This document shows positions 1 through 10,690 of a DNA stretch of 64,000 nucleotides, piece by piece. A program made the translations under genes and the position numbers. Within the stretch, counting starts at the first letter, position 1. Every line of letters starts with the position of its first letter. A model generated the notes under the pieces. That model worked only from the letters and a program-made list of their open reading frames with translations, was not told where the DNA came from and did not search any database. Source of the stretch: Felis catus (Eukaryota). Where the stretch lies: positions 175,586,001 to 175,650,000 of the forward strand of contig NC_058368.1 in assembly GCF_018350175.1 (NCBI RefSeq), written 5' to 3'.

Positions 1-5
1 ACTTC

Positions 6-17
6 ATGCATATGCAT
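6..17. promoter_or_regulatory. MORE POU-dimer motif ATGCATATGCAT
   Basis: Exact match inside a perfect 16-bp palindrome (4-19); function not shown. Confidence 0.3.
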
Positions 18-1184
18 GAGCTGACTGCATGAATGAGCCCAGTGGAGCCCCTGTGTATGTGTGTGCTTTGCGAAGCTCTGAAAGATACCGATGGTGCTGG
101 CCCGCACACAATGTTTGCCCCAGTTTGATGGCTGTAGCCAACAAAAGTGCTCCTGGATATCCTCCCCAACAAGTCTACCTTACACCCGTCCTGCAGTGTG
201 AGCGTGAGATCAGGTCGGATGGGGGCTGCCCCTACACTTGGCTTTTGAATGCAGGAGCCCGGCTCTCTCGTACATAGCTTTGCTCCCACTGATTCAAAAC
301 ACACGTATTTCTGAGTTTCCTCTGTTGAACATCGAAAACCGAAAACTGTCAGGAGCTTACCCTTTGGTTGTTCTGGAGCCGCCAAAATTCGAACTGGCCA
401 ATAAAATTCACCTGTCTCAGAAGAGTCCCCAGTATGCCCCCATTTACGAGGAAGAGAACAAAAGTTAAAAGCTGGTCCTTATGCATATCCCATGTGCCCT
501 GAATGTGCATATAGGTCTCTCCGTGTTCATAACGGCCCTACAGGTGGGAACTGTTTTTAGTCATATTTTCCAGGTGGTGGGCCCGAAGCTTTAGGGTGGT
601 GGGGCCCTCGTCGAAAGTCACACAGTTAGGAAGTGGCAGAACCAGGACTCCGGGCAGACTTGGACTTTTGGCTCTTGCCAAAAGACGGGAGCAGCCCGAG
701 GGAGCTTTCTCCAGCTTCTAAGCCCGCTGGCCTCAATCACGGGTAGGATCACCTCGATTCCTTCTCATTACCTTCTGCCCTATTTTACTGAGGATTCAGG
801 GCAGATTCAGATCTGGCCTAGAAAAACATCATTCTGACCCCTCAGAGAAAGAAAGAGAGGAATGTGTTTCCAGGCTGTTCTGTAGAACCTAAGGCACTTT
901 CATGACAAGACTTTCTCCTTTCTGCTAATCCTCGGGACACTTTGTCTTCCCCTTCCTACGGCCCTGTCACAGCCTGCCTTGTTTCTGCCCTGTCTCCCCC
1001 TCTAGGCAGAGGGCTCTTCCAGGGTGGAGTCTGTGGTCCATTCGGAGCCTCCCGTCACACCCAAAGTCTCAGTGTCCAGCAATACGTACGAGTACCCATT
1101 GTACGCCAAGTTCCCTATCAGACACTTTCATAGCTGTGACCGTGCTTCTATTTTGTGGCCACCCGTGCGGAGCACATTGGAGGA

Positions 1185-1295
1185 TTAGCCCATTTTACAG
1201 ATGGGGATGCTGAGGCCAGAGAGGTGAAAGAACTTGCTCAACGTCACAGAGCTAGTCAGTCAAGGACATTTGAGCCCTGGCCTGTTTTGTCCCAC
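1185..1295 (-). mobile_element. MIR core
   Basis: CCCATTTTACAGATGGGGATGCTGAGGCCAGAGAGGTGAAAGAACTTGCTCAACGTCACA. Confidence 0.85.
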
Positions 1296-2010
1296 TACTG
1301 GTGATCTTCCTGCAACATCACAGCGGCTGAGCGAGTGCTCAGTGGATGTTGGTTGAATGACAAAGGAAGGAAGGGAGGGAGGAGGAGAAGGAGGAATATT
1401 GAAAACAGTTCAAAGACAGCAAAATAAAAGAGAAACAATAGACTGTTGCAAAGCAGTAAATTGGTGGAACATGAAAGAAATGGATCTAGGGTCTAACTTC
1501 CTTTCTTCTAAGGTCGTGGAAAGAAAGGCATACACTCACGATCAGAGAAAGAAACATGGAAGCAGCTGGAATTTTAGCTTCAGGTGGATCTTTCACCAGG
1601 CTTCCTGGGGGTATGAGAAGGCTCAGTCACAACATCGGGACGCACTACAAGGCACGTGTGCTCTATGTTGAAACGGCAATATTCTCTCCAATGAACTTGA
1701 GCAATTCGTATATATAGAGTTTACATATATGTATATGCACAGAGCAACTAGAGAAGTCACCACCGTTGGAGTTAAATGGCCGAGGTTCAATTTCTAGGTC
1801 TGTCCTTCCCTAGCTGCCCAGCCTTAGGTAGACCCTCTCGTGTCTATCAACCCCAGTTTTCTCCTCTGTAACATATACCTCACAAGAGTCCTCATTTCAC
1901 AGGGGGTTAGTAAATCTAAGTAAAATAGGAAACATAAGCCCCTACCAGGGATTTAGTTAAATGTTTCCCACATTATTGCATCTAATTAATTCATTTTATT
2001 CATTTAAAAA

Positions 2011-2215
2011 CAAATTTTGTTTGAACATTTGTTTGTTTTTTGAGAGAGGGAGGGAGCATGAGTGGGGGAAGGGCAGAGAGAGAAGGAGACCGGGGCTCCG
2101 AAGTGGGCTCTGTGCTGACCGCAGAGAGCCCGATGCAGGGCTTGAACCCATGAACCGTGAGGTCATGACCTGAGCTGAAGTCGGACGCTTAACCGACTGG
2201 GCCACCCAGAAGCCC
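2011..2215 (-). mobile_element. CAN-SINE (older SINEC_Fc-type)
   Basis: Reverse complement gives a GGGC..TGGGTGGCCCAGTCGGTTAAGCGTCCGACTTCAGCTCAGGTCATGA head, CT-rich body and A-rich tail; degenerate TSD taattaattcatttta / taactgattcatttta. Confidence 0.93.
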
Positions 2216-2304
2216 GTAACTGATTCATTTTAAATGAGGAAAAGGAAAGTAGCCTCCTCTGCTAGCAGCTCCCACACCGTACCTGGGATAGCACATGAGG
2301 CAGT

Positions 2305-2545
2305 TCAGGGCAGTAGGGGTTTCCATGGGGTCTGGAGCCAGACTATCGGCGTCTAAACCTGGCTTTGCCATCGCGAAGCTGGGTGACCTGGGGCAACTTA
2401 CTTAACCTCCTTTGGCCTCAGTTTTCTCACCTGTAAAGTGGGCATAACCATAGGACTTGCCTCCTAGAGTTCTTAAGAAGAGTATGGTCCCTTGGAATCC
2501 CGCCTAGCACATAGCAAGTATTCAGAAAATGTCCGTTATTACAGT
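2305..2545 (+). mobile_element. MIR, near full length
   Basis: TCTGGAGCCAGAC..GGGTGACCTGGGGCAACTTACTTAACCTC..GCCTCAGTTTTCTCACCTGTAAAGTGGG. Confidence 0.88.
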
Positions 2546-3104
2546 ATTAACATCATCATTTTTAGGTTCTGAGTGTTTTTGTTAGGACTGCATTTCAGTT
2601 GTTGCCTCCTCTCCTTCACCCGCCCTCCGCCCTGCATCCCCACTGCTGAGCTGGGGGACCCAGATCTGCAGGGCAGAGAGGCATGACTTAGGCGAGGAGA
2701 GAGCCTTGTCGTCTTTCAATGATGTCAGGAGGGTTCCTTATCAATAATTGAACAGTTTCTCCAGGAACCCAATCTAGAGAGTGCAGTGCCCTGGCTGCAG
2801 CAGGGCCTGGCTGGCTGGGGCCCCCCGGAAGCCTCTGGGCACAGTGGGGACTGTGATCTGCCTGCTCTGTGGGCAGAGGGTTCTGCTTGCTTGCTGGATG
2901 GGCTCCTGCCGCAGGGTGAGACTTGAGACCCGGGCCTCACTGCAGGGCCTTCACACTGCCCCCAGGTCTTGCCCCCGCGGTCCTGTTCCAGCAGCCCCCA
3001 AATAGATGGCCCTGTTCTTCACCTGGTATCCTCAAGGGACCCCAGAGCCTGTAAGTCATTCTGAACACTGACCCCCACCACTGCTCACTTTCAAGTCACC
3101 CACA

Positions 3105-3870
3105 GGCCCTGATGACTTTGTTTTTAAATAGAACCCAAATCCGCTGGCTTCCTCCCTCCATTTTCGTCTCCACCACCCTGGTCCAGGCCTGCTGGGGCCC
3201 CCACAGAAGCATCTTCCTGGCTTCCCTCACCCCCACTTGCAACCCCACCCCCAGCCCCAGGGTGCGTATACACACATACACACACACACACACACACGCA
3301 CACACACGCACACACACGCACACACAGCAACTGAGAGTAATCTTTCTACGATGCAAATTAGGGTCCCGTCACCTCCGTGCCTAAAATGCTTTCACGCTTC
3401 TGTGATGCTCTCAGGACAATATCAGCCCTCCACAGGCACTCAAGGCCTGTGGCTAACCTCTGTCCAACCTCACCGGAAGCTCTTCATCCACGACCTTCCC
3501 CCCACCCCTCCCTCGTATCGGTCCCTGTCACAAAGACTTCACACCTCCAGGCCCTCACCCCTCTCGCTCGCAGTTCTCAGATAACTACCTCCTCAGAGAA
3601 GCCTCTCCTGACCCTCCTGATCGAAATCGGTGACCCCACACCCCCACCCGCCTTCCCTCCACGGCCCCTGAACATTTCCACCGTGAGACTCACCTCGACC
3701 AGAATGATTTGGTCAGCCTATCGGCTTCCTTATTTATAGTCCGTCCCCCCCGCTAGAAGGAGAGCCCGCGTGGACACGGAGGCTGTCCGTCTTACTCACA
3801 GCTGTATCCTTAGGACTTCAACAGCTCTGGTGCCCAGCAGGTAGGCAGTAAATATTTATTAAATGGATGG
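3105..3870 (+). mobile_element. L2 3' fragment containing a (CA)n insertion
   Basis: CCACCACCCTGGTCCAGGCC, CCTCCTCAGAGAAGCCTCTCCTGACC, 3' end CAGCAGGTAGGCAGTAAATATTTATTAAATGGATG. Confidence 0.75.
3268..3326. repeat. (CA)n microsatellite
   Basis: Direct reading. Confidence 0.95.
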
Positions 3871-6494
3871 CGGGAGGCTGGGAGGGTGTGGAGTGTTGTG
3901 GAGCGATCACTGCACTTGGAATCTCGAGTCCTAGGTCTGAGTACCAGCTCTGTGACCTGCTCCGTGTGTGTGTGCTTAAACCCCTCATTATACCTCTGAA
4001 GCTGCAGCTGGGGTCAGGAGACCTGGGGTCTAGCTGGGGCCCTACCACTTGCCGACCGTGCGACCTTGGGCCGCTTACCTTATCTCTCTGGGCCTCCTTT
4101 CCCTTCGCGGTCAAATGGGGATTGTACTGTCTACTTCACAGGAGACTTGTCAGTGGAGTGTATGAATGGAGTGTATGGAGCCGGACGGTGGAATCCACGC
4201 ATGAAGACAAAGTCCGGCACATCGTGGGGGCAAAGAGGGGGAACCTAGCGCCTGCCAGATCCTGTGGGCGTTCTGCACATAGCAGGGCAGATACATCCTG
4301 TGTTCGCACCACGGAAGCCACAGCCAGAAAAGCAAACCCCAACTATCCAGCCCAAAGCCTTTTAGATGGTAACCCACTTCAAAGGCGCCAAGCCAAAGAA
4401 ACCACCCCCAGAGTATGTGTTGCCTCCCTTTAAGGAGGGAGAGATCCTTCTGGACTTCATCGAGTTTCCCTTTTGGAAGGGGCTGCTAGGGAGCTCAGAG
4501 ACACCTTGGAGCCTCGACCACAGGTTTTCCTCCTGCAGTGTGAGTGTCCGTTATGCAAACTGGATATAACCCAGTGGATAATTCATGGTATACAATTGGC
4601 TCCCCAGAGTCCCCTGGGGAACCAAAGGGGCCATTAGGTGAAAGGCTTTGAAGTTGTAACATTTGCTTTGAGACTTTATCATAACACTGGCTGGAAAAGA
4701 GGATAAAGGAGATAAAAAAAAAAAACATCTGTAAGATGTTTAGTACTAAAGTCAGAGCTGGTGGCCATTAGGGGGGGTTGGCACTTAATCTGATAGCACT
4801 AAATCTACTGACATTTCAATTTTACAGCTATGAACTCCCAGCTACAGAACACCTTTACTGCTGGGACCCCCGTAGGAAGAATTCTTTTTATTATTGTGAC
4901 TCTCGAGATCTCTAGTCCAAAGCCCCCTCCTCCCCCTTTTCTTGTTTTTGCTCACACTGCAACAATTTATTTCAAAAGCGTGACCCAGAACTCGTGGCTG
5001 CGTGGGGGTTAAAGGCAGAAAGGGCCATCAATGCTTAGCATGCATGTTTCCACCTGCTTGCCAGGATGTTGCCTTTTTTTTTTTTTTCTTTTTCTTATCT
5101 GTGAATGACATCCTGCCTCCATCAGATGTAGCCTGGCTATCTCTCACTCCTAAAGCTGACCTAGATTAAAAAGAAGCCCCTGGTTGGAAAAGAGGAGGAA
5201 ACTTGCATAATGTCACTGCCTACCAGGTCCCTCCAAATACCTGACCGTATTTGAGGAAGGTAGGACTTATTCTACCCCACTTTGGTAGAGAAAAACAGTC
5301 TCAGTGCCATTCAGTAACTTACCAAAGGAATAGAGCCAGAAAGCGGCCACGCTGGATTGGAACCTTGATCTCCACGACTCTAAAGACTGCAATCCTCCAC
5401 TGTCTGGAATCTTCTCAGGTTTCCGCTACTTCTTTAGGAGCCCGAAGCAAGTTTGAGCTCGCCAAGTTTGCATTTGCTTGCAGACTGGGCTCCTGAGTTG
5501 TGATTTACTTTTCAGTGTTCATTCTTCATTTTGCAAGCAGCCTGCTCCAGACCTCTGATTTCTCTTAGTTGGTCAGACTTCTCATCTGTAACCCAACCCA
5601 TGATCCTAGGAGAATCCAGTCAAAATAAGTGATCTGCTCTCAGGGCGGCTTGAATATTTCATGGTGGCCTGGATGGAGGCGGAGGACAGATCATTCTGCT
5701 CTGGGGGCAGGCGAGGCAGCTAATGGGTCAGCCGCAGGCACCAGATGTCCAGCGGCTGGGATAGATGACCCGTCAGACGAGGCCAGCAGACGACGATGCT
5801 TCAGGTTAAACATCTTGCTAAGGATAGGGCTGCATGTTTGTAAGAGGTCATGTTTTTAAATGCCTGATTTAGGTGGTCCCTTGACCCTGGACTTGGAGGA
5901 CAAGTTGGTTTTAGCATTGCTATAACTCTTATGGCCTTATAGCAGCCCTGGAATGATCTTCTAAGAAACACACACGTACCTACCCCCCGGAAGAGGCTGG
6001 TGGAGCCCCCAATCCGCAGGTGGGTAAATTTGCTGCCCACAGAATTTAAATGACATGCTCTAGCTTACCCTGGAGATAATGGCAATTCTGGGATCTGATC
6101 CTGACTCTCTCTGTCTCCACCTAAGAGAAGTGACCAGTTATTGGAAAGGTCTTGGGACATAGAGAGAGAGGGGAAACCTAGGTTCTCTTGCCATGTCTTC
6201 CACTCACTGCCGATGACCAGATCACGTTCCCTTCGGAGCTGCAGTTTCCATTCCGAAGAGCTCTTGGGATCGACGATGTTATCGCCAACATGACTTTTCC
6301 TCCCAGCAGCAAATTAGGTGGGGGCTATGGCAGAGAAGGAAGGGAGGTGGACCAGAGGGATGAGAAGGCCATTCTAACTCTGTGCCTGAGATCTCCCACT
6401 CAGAGACCATGGTCATCAGTCGTGGGTGGAGAAATGAACTGCAGACCAGGAACCTGATTGTAAGTCAGCTGTGTTTTAAGAGTTCAAATGAGGA

Positions 6495-6709
6495 GGGGCG
6501 CCTGGGTGGCTCAGTCGGTTAAGCGTCCGACTTCGGCTCAGGTCGTGACCTCGCAGTCCGTGAGTTCGAGCCCCGCGTCGGGCTCTGTGCTGACAGCTCA
6601 GAGCCTGGAGCCTATTTCAGATTCTGTATCTCCCTCTCTCTGACCCTCCCCCGTTCATGTTCTGTCTCTCTCTGTCTCAAAAATAATAAATAAACATTAA
6701 AAAAAAAAA
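6495..6709 (+). mobile_element. CAN-SINE (SINEC_Fc-type)
   Basis: GGGGCGCCTGGGTGGCTCAGTCGGTTAAGCG head with A/B boxes, (CT)n, AATAAA, polyA; TSD agttcaaatgag at 6481-6492 and 6710-6721. Confidence 0.97.
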
Positions 6710-6769
6710 AGTTCAAATGAGTTCAAAGGTGGGAGGTGCTTCGGGTTAGAATGCCAGCTCTCCACTTCT

Positions 6770-7060
6770 CACTCACCCAGAGATGATTTATTGAGTGCCT
6801 ACTGTATGCCAGGCACTGAGCTAGGTCCTGGGGACCCGAGATGAACAAGGCAGACGCATCCCTTACCTTTTGGGGCCTACATTCTAGTCAGGGAAGGGAG
6901 TGCTATCCCTAAAAAAGGGAAGCTTAAGGAGTCACCAGGGTTCTTCAGGAAACAGAACAGGATGGAATGGAGGGACCAATAGGAGGCATGTCCAGCAGAG
7001 AGGTGACTGCGAGTGACCTCAGAGCTGGACCTGAGGATGAGATGGAACCAGCTGGGAGGA
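6770..7060 (-). mobile_element. L2 3' fragment
   Basis: TTTATTGAGTGCCTACTGTATGCCAGGCACTGAGCTAGGTCCTGGGGAC..ATGAACAAG. Confidence 0.75.
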
Positions 7061-7779
7061 GAGGGTCAGACAAGGCTACGTGCCCAAGTTCAGATGCCTT
7101 CAGCTAAAAGTAACAGAACACCCCAATGCAAGGTGGCTTAACTGATAAGAACATTTCTGCCCTCCCTGAGCCTGTTTGTTCTTCTTGCATCCTCTCCTGG
7201 GTCCCGTGAGGATCCGCAGGGGCAACGTGCAGGAGCCTTCTAGCCCACCGCTCGGTATTTTAGGAGGCGCCCAATGATGTCCTCCTTTCTCTCTTGCAAC
7301 CGGGGAAAGACTCGAACATCGTTCCCCAGGGATAGAAAGGGCCTTTGGTTCCAAACCCCTTCCAAACCCACTGGGGCTCAGGAAACCCCATCTTGCATTT
7401 TGCCTTTGAGTCACCAGTGCCTAGAAGCGGACCTACTCTGGACGGGAGCTTGGTCCCACCCACCATGCGGCCCAACGCGCTCGCTATTTCAGTCACAGTC
7501 ACTAAGTGCTCCCATCCAAACCTCTTGAGGCTACAAGGTACCAAACGTTTTGAATTAATTGGCTTCTATTTTCCTTCCTGTGCATGTGCCTCGGTGCCTT
7601 TTTAGGGCAAGATTGACTAGAGGAATCCTTCCTGAATTCTGGAAGCCCTGATTCAAACTTGGAGTTAATTATCTCTGATATGCTGTGCAATTCCCTCTGC
7701 ACCTTTTATGACATGGAGTGGAGGCACAATTTATCCAAGTCTATCACTTGAGGCTTTTTAAATTTTTTTTGCTGAAGGA

Positions 7780-8017
7780 GGGGCGCCTGGGTGGCGCAGT
7801 CGGTTAAGCGTCCGACTTCAGCCAGGTCACGATCTCGCGGTCCGGGAGTTCGAGCCCCGCGTCGGGCTCTGGGCTGACGGCTCGGAGCCTGGAGCCTGTT
7901 TCCGATTCTGTGTCTCCCTCTCTCTCTGCCCCTCCCCCGTTCATGCTCTGTCTCTCTCTGTCCCAAAAATAAAAATAAAACGTTGAAAAAAAAATTTAAA
8001 AAAATAAATAAATAAAT
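7780..8017 (+). mobile_element. young CAN-SINE (SINEC_Fc)
   Basis: Full length, CpGs intact; perfect 19-bp TSD aattttttttgctgaagga at 7761-7779 and 8018-8036. Confidence 0.98.
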
Positions 8018-8212
8018 AATTTTTTTTGCTGAAGGAAAGTTATGGTGTGTGCCCTATAAAAGTATCCATTCCATCCGTCATTGCGTGTTCACGAGATGTT
8101 TATTGATATTGGGGACACGCCTCTGTGCCAAGCACTGCACTGGGTCCCTCATAATTCAGGTTAACTTCTCCCAAGTCTGTCAGGTCAGTAGTCTTATGTC
8201 CATTTGGCAGAG

Positions 8213-8260
8213 AAAACAACAAAACAATAACAACAACAATAACAACAACAACAACGACAA
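8213..8260. repeat. (AAC)n/(AAT) trinucleotide repeat
   Basis: aacaacaaaacaataacaacaacaataacaacaacaacaacgac. Confidence 0.9.
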
Positions 8261-8612
8261 AGTTCAGACTGAAGAGAAGGTTGGGGAAAAAAAACAGACT
8301 GAAGAGAAGGTTGGCATTTTTCATTCTCACCCCTACTTGCTCGAATGCGTGTCTACCAGGAGCTGTGGACCTCCGTGGAGAGCAGTTCCCAATGGATTTC
8401 ACTAACACGGTTTCTTCCTTGGCTCCCTTGGCCCAAGAGTGGGTCCCAGCCTCCCTTTGTTGCCTCACCATCCCTGGTTTGTCCCCTAACTTTCTCGGCA
8501 CCTCTCTACGTGGTCCCTCCCCACAGATCGCTTCATCAGAGCCATGAGCAGTGAGTGGCCTTTCCTCCAGGACCCTCGCTGATCCACCTGTGCGAGAGCA
8601 TGCAGCTGACAA

Positions 8613-8624
8613 CAAGATGGCGGC
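8613..8624 (+). promoter_or_regulatory. YY1 consensus motif CAAGATGGCGGC
   Basis: Exact 12-mer match in non-repeat DNA; binding not shown. Confidence 0.35.
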
Positions 8625-8922
8625 TCTGAGACTCCACATTCTCTGTCCACTGTCGCTGTCGCGCTGTCCTCCTGCCCCTGTTATCCTGAGAACTTGTTTG
8701 TTTGTTTTCGAGGAAAAGAAAAAGAGCGCCTCCTTGAATCTTTGAATGTCTCTGCAGTTTTTATAGGAAATTTGGAAGGAAGTGGACCTTTTTTAGAATC
8801 CAGTGAGAGGGTGTGCGTTTCACGTCCAAAATTCTATTCCAATTGGCCCAATTGAAATCAATCACCCTGTTCCTTTGAGACTCTTGTCCTACTGGAGATG
8901 CAAAGACGGCTGTGGGGAGCCA

Positions 8923-9368
8923 TGTCAATTAAGTTTCCTAGGGCTGCCATTACATAATATACACCCCGGGGGCTTAAAACAACAGATATTTATTCTCTCC
9001 CAGCTCTGGAGGCCAGGAGTCTGAAGCCACAGTGTCAGCAAGTCTGTGTTCCCTCTGAGACTCCGGGTAGGATCCTTCCTTGCCTCTTCCTAGCTTAGGG
9101 TGCTGGCGGGAATCTCTGCCCTTCCTTGGCTTGTCACTGCCTCGCTCTAGCTCTGCCTCTGTCCTCACCTGGCGTTCACCCTGCGTGTCTGTGTGTCTCC
9201 TCTTCCTGTAGGGCACCGCGTCCTAGCACATTAAGGCCCTCCCTACTCCAGCTCGACCGCAACGAATGACACTGTCAACAGCCCTATTTCCAAATAAGGT
9301 CTCTTTCCAAGGTACCAAGGGTCAGGACTTCAATGTGGCTTTTTGAGGGATGCAATTTAACAATAGCA
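8923..9368 (-). mobile_element. MLT1B/C-type ERVL-MaLR solo LTR
   Basis: GGGCTGCCATTACA, GGCTTAAAACAACAGATATTTATTCTCTCCCAGCTCTGGAGGCCAGGAGTCTGAAG, CCCTATTTCCAAATAAGGTC. Confidence 0.88.
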
Positions 9369-9473
9369 GAGCTATCACGGAAGTCCCACCGAAGGGGATC
9401 CCACATGGAGACTGACTTAGCAAAAATGATTTCAGAAAAGAAAATCAAGAGTTACAGTAAACATTGAAGGGCA

Positions 9474-9531
9474 ACCTTTCCTTCCTTCCTTCTTTCCTTC
9501 CTTCCTTCCTCCCTCCCTCCCTTCCTCCCTC

Positions 9532-9570
<39 letters not shown>

Positions 9571-9613
9571 TCCTTTCTTTCTTTCTTTCTTTCTTTTCTT
9601 TCTCTCGCTCTTT

Positions 9614-9652
<39 letters not shown>
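9474..9652. repeat. (CCTT)n/(CTTT)n polypyrimidine microsatellite
   Basis: About 180 bp of almost pure C/T. Confidence 0.97.
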
Positions 9653-9653
<1 letters not shown>

Positions 9654-10227
9654 GACTGTAGGCAATGTTTCTGCACATCAGCTCACATCAGTTCATGCTC
9701 CCATTCGGACTCACAAGGATGTCAGTGGCGGGGACTTAGAGAAGTACATGGTGGGGTGAATCATCATTCTCATAGACCTAACAGCATCCGCATGTGCGTT
9801 CAAGGTGTACGTATGTGTGCAGTGACTGGGGGATGTGGCAGACTTAAAAAAAATCCCCCAGTAATATTTACTGATCTGTGCCAGTCTGTGCAATATGCAA
9901 GAGCAAGAATGCCAGGGTGGAGGGACAAGAGAAGGTTGGGGCAAGTGGGGAAGGGTCTGGACAAAGAGAGGCTTTGGAGAGGCATTTGACAAACCGCAAG
10001 AATCAGTACTTCCCCCTCCCTCTCTCCCTCTCTTCCCCTCCCCCTTCTCCTCTCCCCCCCCCCCTTCTTTCCTTCCTTCCTTCCAAGAAGACTATTGATC
10101 TGTTTCATGGTCAGTGATTCCCACATAAACGAATAAATAAATGATTTAACCAATTGGTCAATCAATCAATCCCGAATAAATATTTATTAAGCACCTATTA
10201 CGTATCCTATTCTGTTGCGGACGATTT

Positions 10228-10442
10228 AAAAAAAATTTTTTTTCAACGTTTATTTATTTTTGGGACAGAGACAGAGCATGAATGGAGGAGGGGCAGAGAG
10301 AGAGGGAGACACAGAATCAGAAACAGGCTCCAGGCTCTGAGCCATCAGCTCAGAGCCCGACGCGGGGCTCAAACTCCCGGACCGCGAGATCGTGACCTGG
10401 CTGAAGTCGGACGCTTAACCGACTGCGCCACCCAGGCGCCCC
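10228..10442 (-). mobile_element. young CAN-SINE (SINEC_Fc)
   Basis: Ends ...CCACCCAGGCGCCCC; TSD tgttgcggacgattt at 10213-10227 and 10443-10457. Confidence 0.98.
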
Positions 10443-10484
10443 TGTTGCGGACGATTTAAAAGGATATGCAAGTAAGGCATGGTG

Positions 10485-10690
10485 CACACGAAGATGACTG
10501 CTAACTTTTGCCTCTTCTCCCATAAAGAGTGGAGTCTATTTAGAATCTGCACGGGCCTGTGGCTTGCTTCGATCAATAGAATTCAGCAGAAGTGAGCTGT
10601 GTGACTCCGGAGGCTGGGCCTTAGGACATCTGCAATTTCTGCTTTCACACCTCTGGCATACAGAGATGGAGAGCCCTGGAGACAGAGGTC
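10485..10690 (+). mobile_element. MLT1F/G/H-type LTR fragment
   Basis: GAGTGGAGTCTATTT, GCTTGCTTCGATCAATAGAAT..GCAGAAGTGA..GAGGCTGGGCCTTA. Confidence 0.65.

Noticed and set aside
7706..7966. Recurrent peptide GRERGRHRIGNRLQA..RARRGART seen in many ORFs (apparent gene family)
   Set aside because: Antisense translation of SINEC_Fc copies, not a gene family.
9432..9678. K/E/R-rich ORFs in three frames
   Set aside because: Translation of the (CTTT)n/(CCTT)n microsatellite.
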